64,000 bases of DNA from a virus, in IMG/VR virus record IMGVR_UViG_3300046333_000120; one strand, written 5' to 3'. The notes under the pieces were generated by a model that worked only from the letters and a program-made list of their open reading frames with translations, was not told the DNA's origin and ran no database searches. Both the position numbers and the translations under genes were made by a program. This document shows positions 28,991-38,944 of this stretch, in pieces (within the stretch, counting starts at the first letter, position 1; the number at the start of each line of letters is the position of its first letter).

Positions 28991-30625
28991 ATGTCAATTA
29001 CACCGTACATTTCTACCTCGGGTCCACAGGGGTTTAAAGGTTTTCAAGGTTTTCAAGGTATTATCGGCGATCAAGGAGGAACTGGTTCGCAGGGATATCA
29101 AGGTCAAATAGGTATGCAAGGAGACCAAGGTTTTCAAGGTCTTAAAGGAGATCAAGGAGAATTAGGATTTCAAGGAATAAGTGGAACCAGTATAACTGGA
29201 GCACAAGGTTTCCAAGGTAATCAAGGTTTCCAAGGTAATCAAGGTCTTAAAGGAGATCAAGGTATTGTAGGTACAACTGGTAATACTGGAGCACAGGGTA
29301 ATCAAGGTTTCCAAGGTAATCAAGGTTTTAAAGGAGATCAAGGTTTCCAAGGTAATCAAGGTCTTAAAGGAGATCAAGGTATTATAGGTACAACTGGAGC
29401 ACAAGGTAATCAAGGTTTCAAAGGAGATCAAGGTTTCCAAGGTAATCAAGGTATTGTAGGTACACCTGGAGCACAAGGTATTGTAGGTACAACTGGTAAT
29501 ACTGGAGCACAGGGTAATCAAGGTTTCCAAGGTATTGTAGGTACAACTGGAGCACAGGGTTTCCAAGGTAATCAAGGTATTGTAGGTACAACTGGTAATA
29601 CTGGAGCACAAGGTTTCCAAGGTAATCAAGGTCTTAAAGGAGATCAAGGTATTGTAGGTACAACTGGAGCACAAGGTTTCCAAGGTAATCAAGGTATTGT
29701 AGGTACAACTGGAGCACAAGGTTTCCAAGGTAATCAAGGTATTGTAGGTACAACTGGAGCACAAGGTTTCCAAGGTAATCAAGGAACAACTGGAGCACAA
29801 GGTTCTGTTGGATCTCAAGGTTCAGTTGGAGCACAAGGTGCAACTGGTTCTACGTCGTACACAGCAGGAACCGCAAACTTTTTAAATACAAACACGCAAT
29901 TAACATACGGCGCAAGTGGTTTAAATTATTTTAATTTAGCAAGTGCCGCAGGATCTAATCCTGCATTAAATCAAACGCCTACAAACGACTGGTACCATAT
30001 CACACGATACAACCATGCAAACTCAGCGGGTTATTATGCAGATTTAGCAATTGGTATGACAACTGCAGGTACTGAAATGTGGGTAAGAAGAATTTCAGGC
30101 GGAAGTGGAACTGCATGGACAAGAATGATAGACACTAATAATATAGGATCTCAGTCTGTAAATTATGCATCTACTATAGGAATTAATTATAACAACGATT
30201 CCGCTTCAACGTATCAAATGTTATGGGGTTCTGGAAACTCTGTATATGGTACTGCAGGAATTTACTGTAACCCATCAACCGATACTCTATATTGTACAGG
30301 TGATGTTATTGCAGCAGCTGCCTCTGATAGAAGATTAAAGGATAATATTAAACCTATTGAAAATCCTTTAATTAAAATATCTAAAATTGGAGGTTATACA
30401 TTTGATTGGAATGATAAACAAGAAGTTTATACCGGAAATGACATTGGAGTTATTGCACAAGAAATTGAAGAAGTGCTTCCACAACTAGTAGAAACTAGAA
30501 AAAATGGATATAAGGCAGTTAAATATGATAAGATTGTTGCATTATTAATAGAAGGTATAAAAGAACAACAAAAACAGATCGATGTATTAACATCAGAAAT
30601 CGAAATATTAAAAATAAATAAATAA
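28991..30625 (+). CDS. Collagen-like tail fibre with C-terminal S74-like chaperone
   Basis: Long G-X-Y region (GFQGNQ, GIVGTT, GLKGDQ); SDRRLKDNI...GVIAQEIE. Confidence 0.88.
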   Translation: MSITPYISTSGPQGFKGFQGFQGIIGDQGGTGSQGYQGQIGMQGDQGFQGLKGDQGELGFQGISGTSITGAQGFQGNQGFQGNQGLKGDQGIVGTTGNTGAQGNQGFQGNQGFKGDQGFQGNQGLKGDQGIIGTTGAQGNQGFKGDQGFQGNQGIVGTPGAQGIVGTTGNTGAQGNQGFQGIVGTTGAQGFQGNQGIVGTTGNTGAQGFQGNQGLKGDQGIVGTTGAQGFQGNQGIVGTTGAQGFQGNQGIVGTTGAQGFQGNQGTTGAQGSVGSQGSVGAQGATGSTSYTAGTANFLNTNTQLTYGASGLNYFNLASAAGSNPALNQTPTNDWYHITRYNHANSAGYYADLAIGMTTAGTEMWVRRISGGSGTAWTRMIDTNNIGSQSVNYASTIGINYNNDSASTYQMLWGSGNSVYGTAGIYCNPSTDTLYCTGDVIAAAASDRRLKDNIKPIENPLIKISKIGGYTFDWNDKQEVYTGNDIGVIAQEIEEVLPQLVETRKNGYKAVKYDKIVALLIEGIKEQQKQIDVLTSEIEILKINK

Positions 30626-30629
30626 AGAT

Positions 30630-31040
30630 ATGAATATCAAATATGAATTCACAAATTTAGATTTAAAGGCAGCTCCTTCTATGGATGGTATGGAAATGGT
30701 AATTACCAGAGTATATTACACATATAGAGCAACCGATATCGATTCTAATATATACGCAGATTATGAAGATTTTCATAATTTTGAATTATCATCTAATTCA
30801 CAATTTATGCAGTTTGAAACGCTAACTAAAAATGATATAATAGGATGGTTAGAGGCAAGTGTAGATACTCTACCAATTCGACCTGTATTATCAAATAGAG
30901 TAGAAGACTACGTAACTTCAAAATATGTTTCGGTAAAGTCTCCATGGGATTCTGACGTAGTTGAGTCTAATTCTACATTAGTTGAACCGGAAGTTACAGC
31001 AGCTGAACCTGAAGTTACAACAACTGAACCAATAGTCTAG
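30630..31040 (+). CDS. Putative fibre-associated protein
   Basis: FMQFETLTKNDIIGW...PW motif common after phage fibre genes. Confidence 0.5.
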   Translation: MNIKYEFTNLDLKAAPSMDGMEMVITRVYYTYRATDIDSNIYADYEDFHNFELSSNSQFMQFETLTKNDIIGWLEASVDTLPIRPVLSNRVEDYVTSKYVSVKSPWDSDVVESNSTLVEPEVTAAEPEVTTTEPIV

Positions 31041-31060
31041 ATACAATATGTTTATTAATT

Positions 31061-31089
31061 AAGGGACCCTTTATTGGGTCCCTTTTTTT
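31061..31089 (+). terminator. Intrinsic terminator
   Basis: aagggaccc...gggtcccttttttt. Confidence 0.8.
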
Positions 31090-31148
31090 GTGATATATAA
31101 TCATATAATATAATAATAAACTAATTTAATATTAACAATATAATAATC

Positions 31149-32102
31149 ATGGCAGACATTATATCACACTCGACATCTTTACCCAATATACGAATGTATA
31201 TTGATTTTGTAGAAAAAAAAGAATCTACTTATAATTTAATAGGATGGATTGTTGCAACAAATGGTAAAATTACAAATATTAAACTATCAAATTCTAAACC
31301 ATCTAATCTTTCTTCGGAATTTATAGATAGAGTAGATGTTAATGCGCTTTATCCAAATTTAAAGGATGTTGCTATTGAATTTAGAATTTCTATTAGCGAA
31401 CTTGATACATTTGAAAATATTATAGTTTCTGTGTTAGATAATAACACTAATGAAATTATAGATTATGAAATAAATTCTTTCGCAAAATGGATAGCATACT
31501 ATTCTGGATTTTCAAATGATGATAAAGGACTAATTGTTGTCGATAACTTTTATTCAAATCCTGATTTTGTCAGAGAATGGGCAATGAATGAAATTAAGTT
31601 TTCTCCATCTGCATATCATAAAGGAGAAAGAGCAATTAATCGTTTTTCTATTAGTGGAACAAAGGAAAAACTAGAAAAAATAATAGGAAAACCAATATAC
31701 AATTGGAATTATGATGCATACGCAAATGGAATATTTCAATTTTGTACAGCAGATCAACCTATTGTATATCATGTGGATAATCAAACATACGCTGGAATTG
31801 TATTTTTAACACCAGACGCACCGGCATCTACTGGAACTGCATTCTACAGAAGTAAAGTAACTGGAGATTATAGATTTGATGATGAGAAAAGACAAACTAT
31901 AAATTATGTTAGAGCATTCCAAGGAAAGAGTGCAGAAATGAATTTTTATGATGGAACAAATTTTGAAAAAATAGATGAAGTAGGAAACATATATAATCGA
32001 TTAGTACTTTTTGATGCAAAGAATATCCATGCAGCAACTCAGTATTTTGGAGATAAAATAGATAACTCTAGATTTTTTCATATGTTTTTCTTTGATGTAT
32101 AA
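31149..32102 (+). CDS. 2OG-Fe(II) oxygenase-like (DUF6445-type) protein
   Basis: IVVDNFY.NPD, HVD, YNRLVLFD...IHAA, distal R. Confidence 0.7.
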   Translation: MADIISHSTSLPNIRMYIDFVEKKESTYNLIGWIVATNGKITNIKLSNSKPSNLSSEFIDRVDVNALYPNLKDVAIEFRISISELDTFENIIVSVLDNNTNEIIDYEINSFAKWIAYYSGFSNDDKGLIVVDNFYSNPDFVREWAMNEIKFSPSAYHKGERAINRFSISGTKEKLEKIIGKPIYNWNYDAYANGIFQFCTADQPIVYHVDNQTYAGIVFLTPDAPASTGTAFYRSKVTGDYRFDDEKRQTINYVRAFQGKSAEMNFYDGTNFEKIDEVGNIYNRLVLFDAKNIHAATQYFGDKIDNSRFFHMFFFDV

Positions 32103-32119
32103 TAACTTAATATAATAAT

Positions 32120-33955
32120 ATGAAAATTAATATAATCACTAGATGTACTAGATTAGGTAATATCGAACAGGTTAAGGAATCAGTATTTAGTAATTTAACA
32201 AAAAATACAATAGTTGAATGGCATATTGTATTTGACACAGCTTCGCTTAAAGATATTGATGCTGAATTATTAAATAGATTAGATGGTGAAAATACTAAAC
32301 TTCACTTTATGAAAGGAGATGGATGGGGTTTAAGTCAATTAAATGGTCTTATTAAACAACTAGATGGATGGGTATATCATGTTGATGATGACAACATAGT
32401 ACATCCTAATTTCTATGAAAGAATAGAAAAAGAGATTGAAAGTAATAAAGATGCAAAGGTTCTTATATTTTCACAATATGTTGGAGGAAAGGATTTTTCA
32501 AGACTTGATATCAGAGAAGCTAAACATGAAAATGTTGCAGTTTCTAAAATAGATTTAGCACAATGGTTAATTCATTCAAGTCTACATATTGACTATGAAT
32601 ATGGATCTGGTTATATAGCAGATGGACAATTTATATCTAATTTATATGAAAAAGAATCTAAGCATTTTGCATTTATTCCAGATATATTATGTCATTATAA
32701 CTTCTTAGAAAAGAAATCATCAGCAAATGTTCCAAAAATATTATATATAGGAAAAGATGAACCTTTATTAAAATCATTAAAGGTATTGGAATATGAGGCA
32801 GATAATTTAAATATTAAATATTTAAAGTCTGATGAAAATATTCCAATGGTTCTTGCACAATTTAAACCAGATTGTATTATTACAAGAGGAGATTCATGGA
32901 GAAATTTCGAAGTATTAGCAAGTATGCCAGCACAATTTCGAAGAAAATGGATTAATATACCTGAAGAAGAAAGCACAGAAGTAGTTGGTCAATCAGCATA
33001 CCAATGTGCAATGAATACCATGATAGAACCTAATTCATTAGAAGATTCTGAAATGATTTCGTATACAACTCCAATTTATAATACAAAGGAAAAATTGTAT
33101 GAAACATATGAATCATTAAGGCAACAAACATATATGAATTGGGAATGGGTGCTTGTGAATGATTCAACAGATGGAGGTAAAACATTAAAGATCGCAGAAG
33201 ATATTGCAGCACATGATCCTCGTGTTAAAGTGTATGACTTTAGAGAGAAGAGTGGTGGAAATATAGGCGAAGTTAAATGGAGAGCTAATAGTATGGCTAA
33301 AGGATTTATTCTTGCCGAATTAGACCATGATGATTTATTAGTGCCATGGTGTACTGAAGATTTATATAAAGCGGCAAAGAAACATCCGGAAGCTGGATTC
33401 TTTTTTAATGACACACTAGAAGTTAATGAAAATTGGGAATATCAAACATATCCTGAAGGTTTTGCATTTTCATATGGATCTTATAGAGATGAAGAGTACA
33501 ATGGAAAAATGGTAAAGGTAGCAACTCAACACAATATTAATCCAAAAACAATTAGACATATAGTAGGAGTTCCTAACCATGTCAGAGCGTGGAGACGTTC
33601 TACTTATTTTGAAATCGGAGGGCATAATAGAAATCTTGCAATAGCAGATGATTACGAATTAATTGTAAGAACTTTTCTAAAAACGATAACATGTAAAATT
33701 CCTAAATTAGGATATGTTCAATTTTTATATAATAATGCAACTGGTCAAAATACACATGACTTAGCTAGAGCCGATATTCAACGAAGAGTAAGAACTATTA
33801 GCTATTATTATAATGAACAAATCAATGAAAGATTTGAAGAACTTGGATTAAAGGATTGGGCATATGAAGAAAATCCAAACGCACCATTAAATACAAGACC
33901 AAGATTCGGTGAAGAGGAAATGGCAGCAAATATTGTTTATACTGAAAATGAATAA
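32120..33955 (+). CDS. Multi-domain glycosyltransferase family 2
   Basis: VDDDN and ELDHDD DxD motifs; WEWVLVNDS; ADDYEL. Confidence 0.85.
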   Translation: MKINIITRCTRLGNIEQVKESVFSNLTKNTIVEWHIVFDTASLKDIDAELLNRLDGENTKLHFMKGDGWGLSQLNGLIKQLDGWVYHVDDDNIVHPNFYERIEKEIESNKDAKVLIFSQYVGGKDFSRLDIREAKHENVAVSKIDLAQWLIHSSLHIDYEYGSGYIADGQFISNLYEKESKHFAFIPDILCHYNFLEKKSSANVPKILYIGKDEPLLKSLKVLEYEADNLNIKYLKSDENIPMVLAQFKPDCIITRGDSWRNFEVLASMPAQFRRKWINIPEEESTEVVGQSAYQCAMNTMIEPNSLEDSEMISYTTPIYNTKEKLYETYESLRQQTYMNWEWVLVNDSTDGGKTLKIAEDIAAHDPRVKVYDFREKSGGNIGEVKWRANSMAKGFILAELDHDDLLVPWCTEDLYKAAKKHPEAGFFFNDTLEVNENWEYQTYPEGFAFSYGSYRDEEYNGKMVKVATQHNINPKTIRHIVGVPNHVRAWRRSTYFEIGGHNRNLAIADDYELIVRTFLKTITCKIPKLGYVQFLYNNATGQNTHDLARADIQRRVRTISYYYNEQINERFEELGLKDWAYEENPNAPLNTRPRFGEEEMAANIVYTENE

Positions 33956-34169
33956 TACATTTGTTAAAATATGGGTTCATAATATGGAAGTTGATCGAAT
34001 GGTTGACTTCCTACTTGAGCGTATTGAAGATGCTCCCACTTATTTTATATGCGAAACATATCTTCCAGAATCAATTACCGGTGGATGGATTGAATTATCC
34101 ATAACATTTAAAAGATATTTAAAACTCAGACAAACACGCGATTATACAGATTTCATATCTACTAAATAA
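33948..34169 (+). CDS. Hypothetical protein
   Basis: ATG at 33948 preferred over the GTG at 33909. Confidence 0.5.
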   Translation: MNNTFVKIWVHNMEVDRMVDFLLERIEDAPTYFICETYLPESITGGWIELSITFKRYLKLRQTRDYTDFISTK

Positions 34170-34199
34170 ACTTTTTTGAATATTCACATATAATATTAT

Positions 34200-34436
34200 A
34201 TGGCAAAAATCAAAAAACCTTTAGAAATTTATGTTGTTAAACCAATCATTGGTGAAAGATACCATTTTAGATTTGCAGGTACACTTATGTATGGACCTAT
34301 TATATCTTTATGTGATAGTTTAACAAAGTTACATGGGCATGCATGTTATTGGTTCACATGCGATAAAGAAGGTATAAAGTCATGTAAATATCCAGTATCT
34401 ATTTATAATATTTCTAAAAAATCAGAAGATGTATAG
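34200..34436 (+). CDS. Hypothetical protein
   Basis: ORF behind a class II promoter. Confidence 0.6.
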   Translation: MAKIKKPLEIYVVKPIIGERYHFRFAGTLMYGPIISLCDSLTKLHGHACYWFTCDKEGIKSCKYPVSIYNISKKSEDV

Positions 34437-35151
34437 CGTATCAAATTTAAAATCAATGTTATTTATTGACATTGAAACAGTTTCAGAATTTAAATATTAT
34501 AGTGAGTTTTGTGAAAACAGACCAGGTGCAATAATTCATTGGATAAAGAAAGCAGATAATTATCGAAGAACTGAAATTGATTGTGCAGAACTAAGTGATG
34601 CAGATCTTTATTTAAAAAATGCAGCATTACATCCTGAGTTTGCAAAAATAATTGTAGTTTCAATTGGTCAAATTCAGTTTGATGAAAATGGAAATCCAAT
34701 TAATGATAAAATTAGATCATTTTATGGAGATGATGAGTCAGTTTTTTTACATGAATTCATGGGAACTATTCAAGCAATCTTTAATAAGAATTCAAATATT
34801 CAATTTGTTGGACATAATATTAAAAACTTTGATTTTCCTTTTCTAATTAAAAGATCAATAATCAAAGGCATTCAAGTACCTCATCAATTGCATCTACAAA
34901 ACAAAAAGCCATGGGAAAATTGTTTATTAGATACTTATGACATTTGGAAATTTGCGGGATGGGGTAGTGCATCACTTGATTTAATATGTGATACATTAAG
35001 TATTCCATCACCTAAATCTTTAATGAAAGGCGACGAAACTACTGAAGAATATTGGAATGGAAATCTAGAGAAAATAAAAACATATTGTGAAGCTGACGTT
35101 AAATCAACAATGAATGTTATGCTTAAATTCTCATATAAATCTATAATTTAA
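34429..35151 (+). CDS. PolB-like 3'-5' exonuclease (DnaQ superfamily)
   Basis: FIDIET, GHNIKNFDFPF, YCEADV. Confidence 0.85.
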   Translation: MYSVSNLKSMLFIDIETVSEFKYYSEFCENRPGAIIHWIKKADNYRRTEIDCAELSDADLYLKNAALHPEFAKIIVVSIGQIQFDENGNPINDKIRSFYGDDESVFLHEFMGTIQAIFNKNSNIQFVGHNIKNFDFPFLIKRSIIKGIQVPHQLHLQNKKPWENCLLDTYDIWKFAGWGSASLDLICDTLSIPSPKSLMKGDETTEEYWNGNLEKIKTYCEADVKSTMNVMLKFSYKSII

Positions 35152-35155
35152 GAAT

Positions 35156-35983
35156 ATGAAAGTATGGGCATACGTTACTGTTTGGAATGAGGAGAAGATG
35201 CTCCCATATTATTTAAGACACTATTCTCTATTTTGTGAAAGAATAATAGTATTAGATAATAAGTCAACAGACAGCACTCTAGACATTTGCAAGCAATGGC
35301 CAATGGTAGAAGTTAGGGAATTTGATACCAATGAAACATTTAATGATTATGTACATTTAGATTTAAAACATAAATGTATTGAAGAGTCTAAGGGAAATGC
35401 AGATTATATTATAATAAGTGATTGTGATGAATTTATATACCATCCTAATATTATTCAATTTTTACAAGAAAATAAATATCCAGTAATATTTCCGGCAGGT
35501 TTTCAAATGGTTTCACATTCATTTCCAACAGGAGAAGGACAAATATATGATGATATAAAAACTGGAGTTCCAGATCCATGGTATTCTAAACCTATTATTA
35601 TTAATCCAAATAAAATAGAATCTTTAATATGGATAGAGGGTTGCCATGAAATAGAATTATATTCTAAATTTGATGGAGAAATATTACATCCAGTTCCAAT
35701 TCAAATTAGACCAATAGGAGAATGGAATGGACATCCATGGGGAAGATGGAAGATGCAATTCGAAATACTAGATACCTATAATGATTTTCCGATAAAGTTA
35801 TTACATTATAAATTTATGGGTTCTGACTACGTTAAATCTAAATATGCACAATATGTTTTTAGAAATAGTAAACAAAACCAAGACGCTGGATTGGCAAATC
35901 ATTATAAGATTGCAATTGAAGGAAATAATATTGAAAATGAAATAAATACATTAATGAATAAAACTATTATAGTAAATTGTTAA
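35156..35983 (+). CDS. Glycosyltransferase family 2-like
   Basis: NEEKMLPYYLRHY, DNKSTD, DCDEF, LLHYK. Confidence 0.8.
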   Translation: MKVWAYVTVWNEEKMLPYYLRHYSLFCERIIVLDNKSTDSTLDICKQWPMVEVREFDTNETFNDYVHLDLKHKCIEESKGNADYIIISDCDEFIYHPNIIQFLQENKYPVIFPAGFQMVSHSFPTGEGQIYDDIKTGVPDPWYSKPIIINPNKIESLIWIEGCHEIELYSKFDGEILHPVPIQIRPIGEWNGHPWGRWKMQFEILDTYNDFPIKLLHYKFMGSDYVKSKYAQYVFRNSKQNQDAGLANHYKIAIEGNNIENEINTLMNKTIIVNC

Positions 35984-36056
35984 TAACTTTTATAAAATAA
36001 TTAGCCAAACATTTTTTTGTTTGGCTTTTTTAGTTATATTTACATTATAATTAAAA
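35979..36056 (+). promoter_or_regulatory. Terminator plus class I promoter cassette
   Basis: GTTAATAAC box, agccaaac/gtttggct hairpin with T-run, tatatttacattataattaaaa; near-identical to 40974-41054. Confidence 0.75.
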
Positions 36057-36069
36057 TAGATAAAAAAAC

Positions 36070-36354
36070 ATGGAAGACTTTGACCCTAATGAATTATTTG
36101 AAGAAAATAACGAAATTGAAACTATAAAAAAAGATGCACAAATGGAAGATGCACTGTATGCTTTGAAATTAAAACTTGCAAATGAAAACTATGAAATGAT
36201 AGTTGAGAAGGGAATCGATATTAAGTCCATGAGAAAAAATGGTCTAGATATTGATGCATTAGAAACAACGTTAAAGGTTATGTTAGATTTATTTATTGAA
36301 TTAGAGGAATATGAAAAATGTTCAAAGATTAAAGATGTTATTGAACAAATCTAA
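36070..36354 (+). CDS. Small protein with C-terminal UVR-like motif
   Basis: FIELEEYEKCSKIKDVIEQI. Confidence 0.65.
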   Translation: MEDFDPNELFEENNEIETIKKDAQMEDALYALKLKLANENYEMIVEKGIDIKSMRKNGLDIDALETTLKVMLDLFIELEEYEKCSKIKDVIEQI

Positions 36355-36384
36355 AATATATAATATATTAATAAATTAAATAAT

Positions 36385-36519
36385 ATGAACGAAGAATTAT
36401 TAAAACAAATCGCTGAAAGTCTTGTTAGAATTGCAATATGCATGGAAAATAAACAAGCAAGAGAAGTTGCTGAAAATAAAAAGAAGTTACAAGAATCTAA
36501 GAAATCATCTAGTAAATAA
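36385..36519 (+). CDS. 44-aa hypothetical protein (not in ORF track)
   Basis: MNEELLKQIAESLVRIAICMENK...SSK*. Confidence 0.55.
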   Translation: MNEELLKQIAESLVRIAICMENKQAREVAENKKKLQESKKSSSK

Positions 36520-36521
36520 AT

Positions 36522-37322
36522 ATGAATTACTACGAAACACTTAATGTTTCACAGGATGCATCGTCAGACGATATTAAAAAATCGTATAGGAGATTGGTAA
36601 AACAATACCATCCAGATAAAACAGGTGGAGATGATATTCAATTTAAAAAAATATCAGAAGCTTATGAAATTTTAGGAGATCCTGATAAGAGAAAGAAGCA
36701 TGATAGTAAAAATAATAAACATGCATCTGCATCCTATGGATTTAGCAATGAATGGGAAGATATTTTTAATAAATATGATTTTTCAAATATGTTTGACCAA
36801 TCATTTGGTGCTAATGCCAGAGGTAATGATGTTAGAGTCTCAATAAATATAACAATAGAGGAAAGCTATGAAGGAACAAGAAGATACATCGATGTCGGAA
36901 CTGGTGGATTTAATATTAATATACCTAAGGGAATTCCGAATGGCACGAAACTTAAAGTCAAAGAAAAAGGTCAAAGCCATCCAATTAACTCAAGCGCCAC
37001 AAGGGGAGATATAATATTAACAGTAAATGTTTTACATGATATTGATTTACTAGTGAATGGACATGACATCTTTATAGATTTATATCTAGATTGGATTGAT
37101 ATGCTACTTGGCGGTGAATTTGATGTAAAAACAAAGGTACATAATGTAAAAATTAAAGTGCCACAAGGTTCACATGATTCTAAAATACTTAGAGTTATTG
37201 GTAAAGGAATGCCAATATATAACTCAGATGGATTTGGTAATTTAATGGTTAAACTTAGAAACTTACCAATTAATTTAACAGAAGATCAAATAGAATTATT
37301 AAAAAAGATAAAAAGTTCGTGA
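36522..37322 (+). CDS. dnaJ: DnaJ/CbpA-type co-chaperone (no Zn finger)
   Basis: NYYETL...YHPDK J-domain plus DnaJ C-terminal domain. Confidence 0.88.
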   Translation: MNYYETLNVSQDASSDDIKKSYRRLVKQYHPDKTGGDDIQFKKISEAYEILGDPDKRKKHDSKNNKHASASYGFSNEWEDIFNKYDFSNMFDQSFGANARGNDVRVSINITIEESYEGTRRYIDVGTGGFNINIPKGIPNGTKLKVKEKGQSHPINSSATRGDIILTVNVLHDIDLLVNGHDIFIDLYLDWIDMLLGGEFDVKTKVHNVKIKVPQGSHDSKILRVIGKGMPIYNSDGFGNLMVKLRNLPINLTEDQIELLKKIKSS

Positions 37323-37573
37323 TGGATGAATTAGAAGAAAATGGATACGATGAAACGAAATTTATTAAAAAATTACAAGAATCCTCAAAGGACGAAATGA
37401 TGGATTTAATATATCATTCTATAGTAAATGAAAGAATGGGTGCTTTAAAACACAATGCACCTATCGAAGATAAAATAGAAGGAGTTCAAAAGATTTTAGA
37501 TTTTTTTAAAGAAAGAGAAGAATATGAAAAATGTATTGAACTTAAAAAAATAATAGATAAACTATCATGTTAA
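37319..37573 (+). CDS. Small protein with C-terminal UVR-like motif
   Basis: FKEREEYEKCIELKKIIDKL. Confidence 0.65.
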   Translation: MMDELEENGYDETKFIKKLQESSKDEMMDLIYHSIVNERMGALKHNAPIEDKIEGVQKILDFFKEREEYEKCIELKKIIDKLSC

Positions 37574-37746
37574 TATCAAATGTAGAAAATGGAAATATAG
37601 AAAAAGCACTTAAAAATCTTAAGCGTAAAGTTTTTTTAACCAAACAAACACAAGAACTTAAGGAAAGAAAGGAATTTGTAAAACCATCTATTAAAAAAAG
37701 AGAAATAATTACAAAGGCAAAATATATCCAACAAAATATAATATAA
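37567..37746 (+). CDS. rpsU: Ribosomal protein bS21 (not in ORF track)
   Basis: MLISNVENGNIEKALKNLKRKV...ELKERKEFVKPSIKKR...KAKYIQQ. Confidence 0.9.
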   Translation: MLISNVENGNIEKALKNLKRKVFLTKQTQELKERKEFVKPSIKKREIITKAKYIQQNII

Positions 37747-37845
37747 TAACATTTTTATCCCTGGGAATTAATTCATATATCCATCTAAATATATAATAAA
37801 GATAAAGTATATTAATACTTATTCTATTAAAAACAAACAATACAG

Positions 37846-38103
37846 ATGGAAGAAGTTACAAGAGATGAAAGAGACTCTTTAATGAGATCCAGCTACTACA
37901 TAATAACTAGAAATTTTACAAAAACCGTTAATAGGTTTATTGTATATCAAGATAGCAAAAATACAATAGATATTCCACATGGAATTGGACAAAGAAGTAT
38001 GTTCATCGATCTTCTTATAGAGTATTTTGTAGAGTTGGAAGAATATGAAAAATGTGATACACTAAAAAAGTTAAAAGAACTTGTCATTATGGCAGGTGAT
38101 TAA
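37846..38103 (+). CDS. Small protein with C-terminal UVR-like motif
   Basis: YFVELEEYEKCDTLKKLKELV. Confidence 0.65.
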   Translation: MEEVTRDERDSLMRSSYYIITRNFTKTVNRFIVYQDSKNTIDIPHGIGQRSMFIDLLIEYFVELEEYEKCDTLKKLKELVIMAGD

Positions 38104-38117
38104 ATATACTTAAATTT

Positions 38118-38825
38118 ATGCAAAAGAAGACTAGTTCAGAGCACACTCCTGCTATTAAAAGAATGTCGGTTAAAGAAGAAAACATTAAACATGTTAATTT
38201 ACGAGACAATCAAAGAGAATACGTCCAACAAATTTTAAAGAATCAAATCACATTTTGCTCAGGTCCTGCTGGAACCTCAAAAACATTTACAGCGTGCTAC
38301 ACTTCATTATTATTACTTGCTGAAAAGAAGGTAAAGAAGATTATTTTATGTAAACCTATACAGGAATCTGGAGAGAAATTAGGATTTTTACCTGGTGATA
38401 TTGCAGACAAAATAGATCCATATATGCAATCATATATTTCTAATTTTAAGAAAATTGTAGGCGATGAATTAACTGAAAGTTTAATTCACCATGGACTAAT
38501 CGAATTTAAACCACTTGCATTTATGCGAGGAGATACATTTGATGATGCGTTCATGATTTTAGATGAGGCACAAAATGCACAATGGCATGCATTAATTTTA
38601 TTCATAACAAGGATGGGTAAAAATTCAAAGGTATTAGTCACTGGAGATATTAGTCAATATGATATAGCTAAGGACAAAGTATCATTTCATAAGTTTATTA
38701 AAATTTTTAGTAAAGTACATGGGGTTGGAGTTCATGCATTCACATCAAAGGACATTGTAAGAGCTAAAATTCTGCAAGAAGTTGTAGACATTTATGATAA
38801 ATGGAAGGATGAAAATAATCTTTAA
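38118..38825 (+). CDS. phoH: PhoH-family ATPase
   Basis: GPAGTSKT, LGFLPGD, MRGDTF, LDEAQN, TGDISQ. Confidence 0.93.
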   Translation: MQKKTSSEHTPAIKRMSVKEENIKHVNLRDNQREYVQQILKNQITFCSGPAGTSKTFTACYTSLLLLAEKKVKKIILCKPIQESGEKLGFLPGDIADKIDPYMQSYISNFKKIVGDELTESLIHHGLIEFKPLAFMRGDTFDDAFMILDEAQNAQWHALILFITRMGKNSKVLVTGDISQYDIAKDKVSFHKFIKIFSKVHGVGVHAFTSKDIVRAKILQEVVDIYDKWKDENNL

Positions 38826-38944
38826 TATATAAATAAAACCAGCATAGAATGTTGAATTTGTAGTTATTTTCATAAAAAATTCTATGCTTGGCTTTTTTCA
38901 TAAATAAAAAGATATATAATATAACTACAAATATATCAACATTT

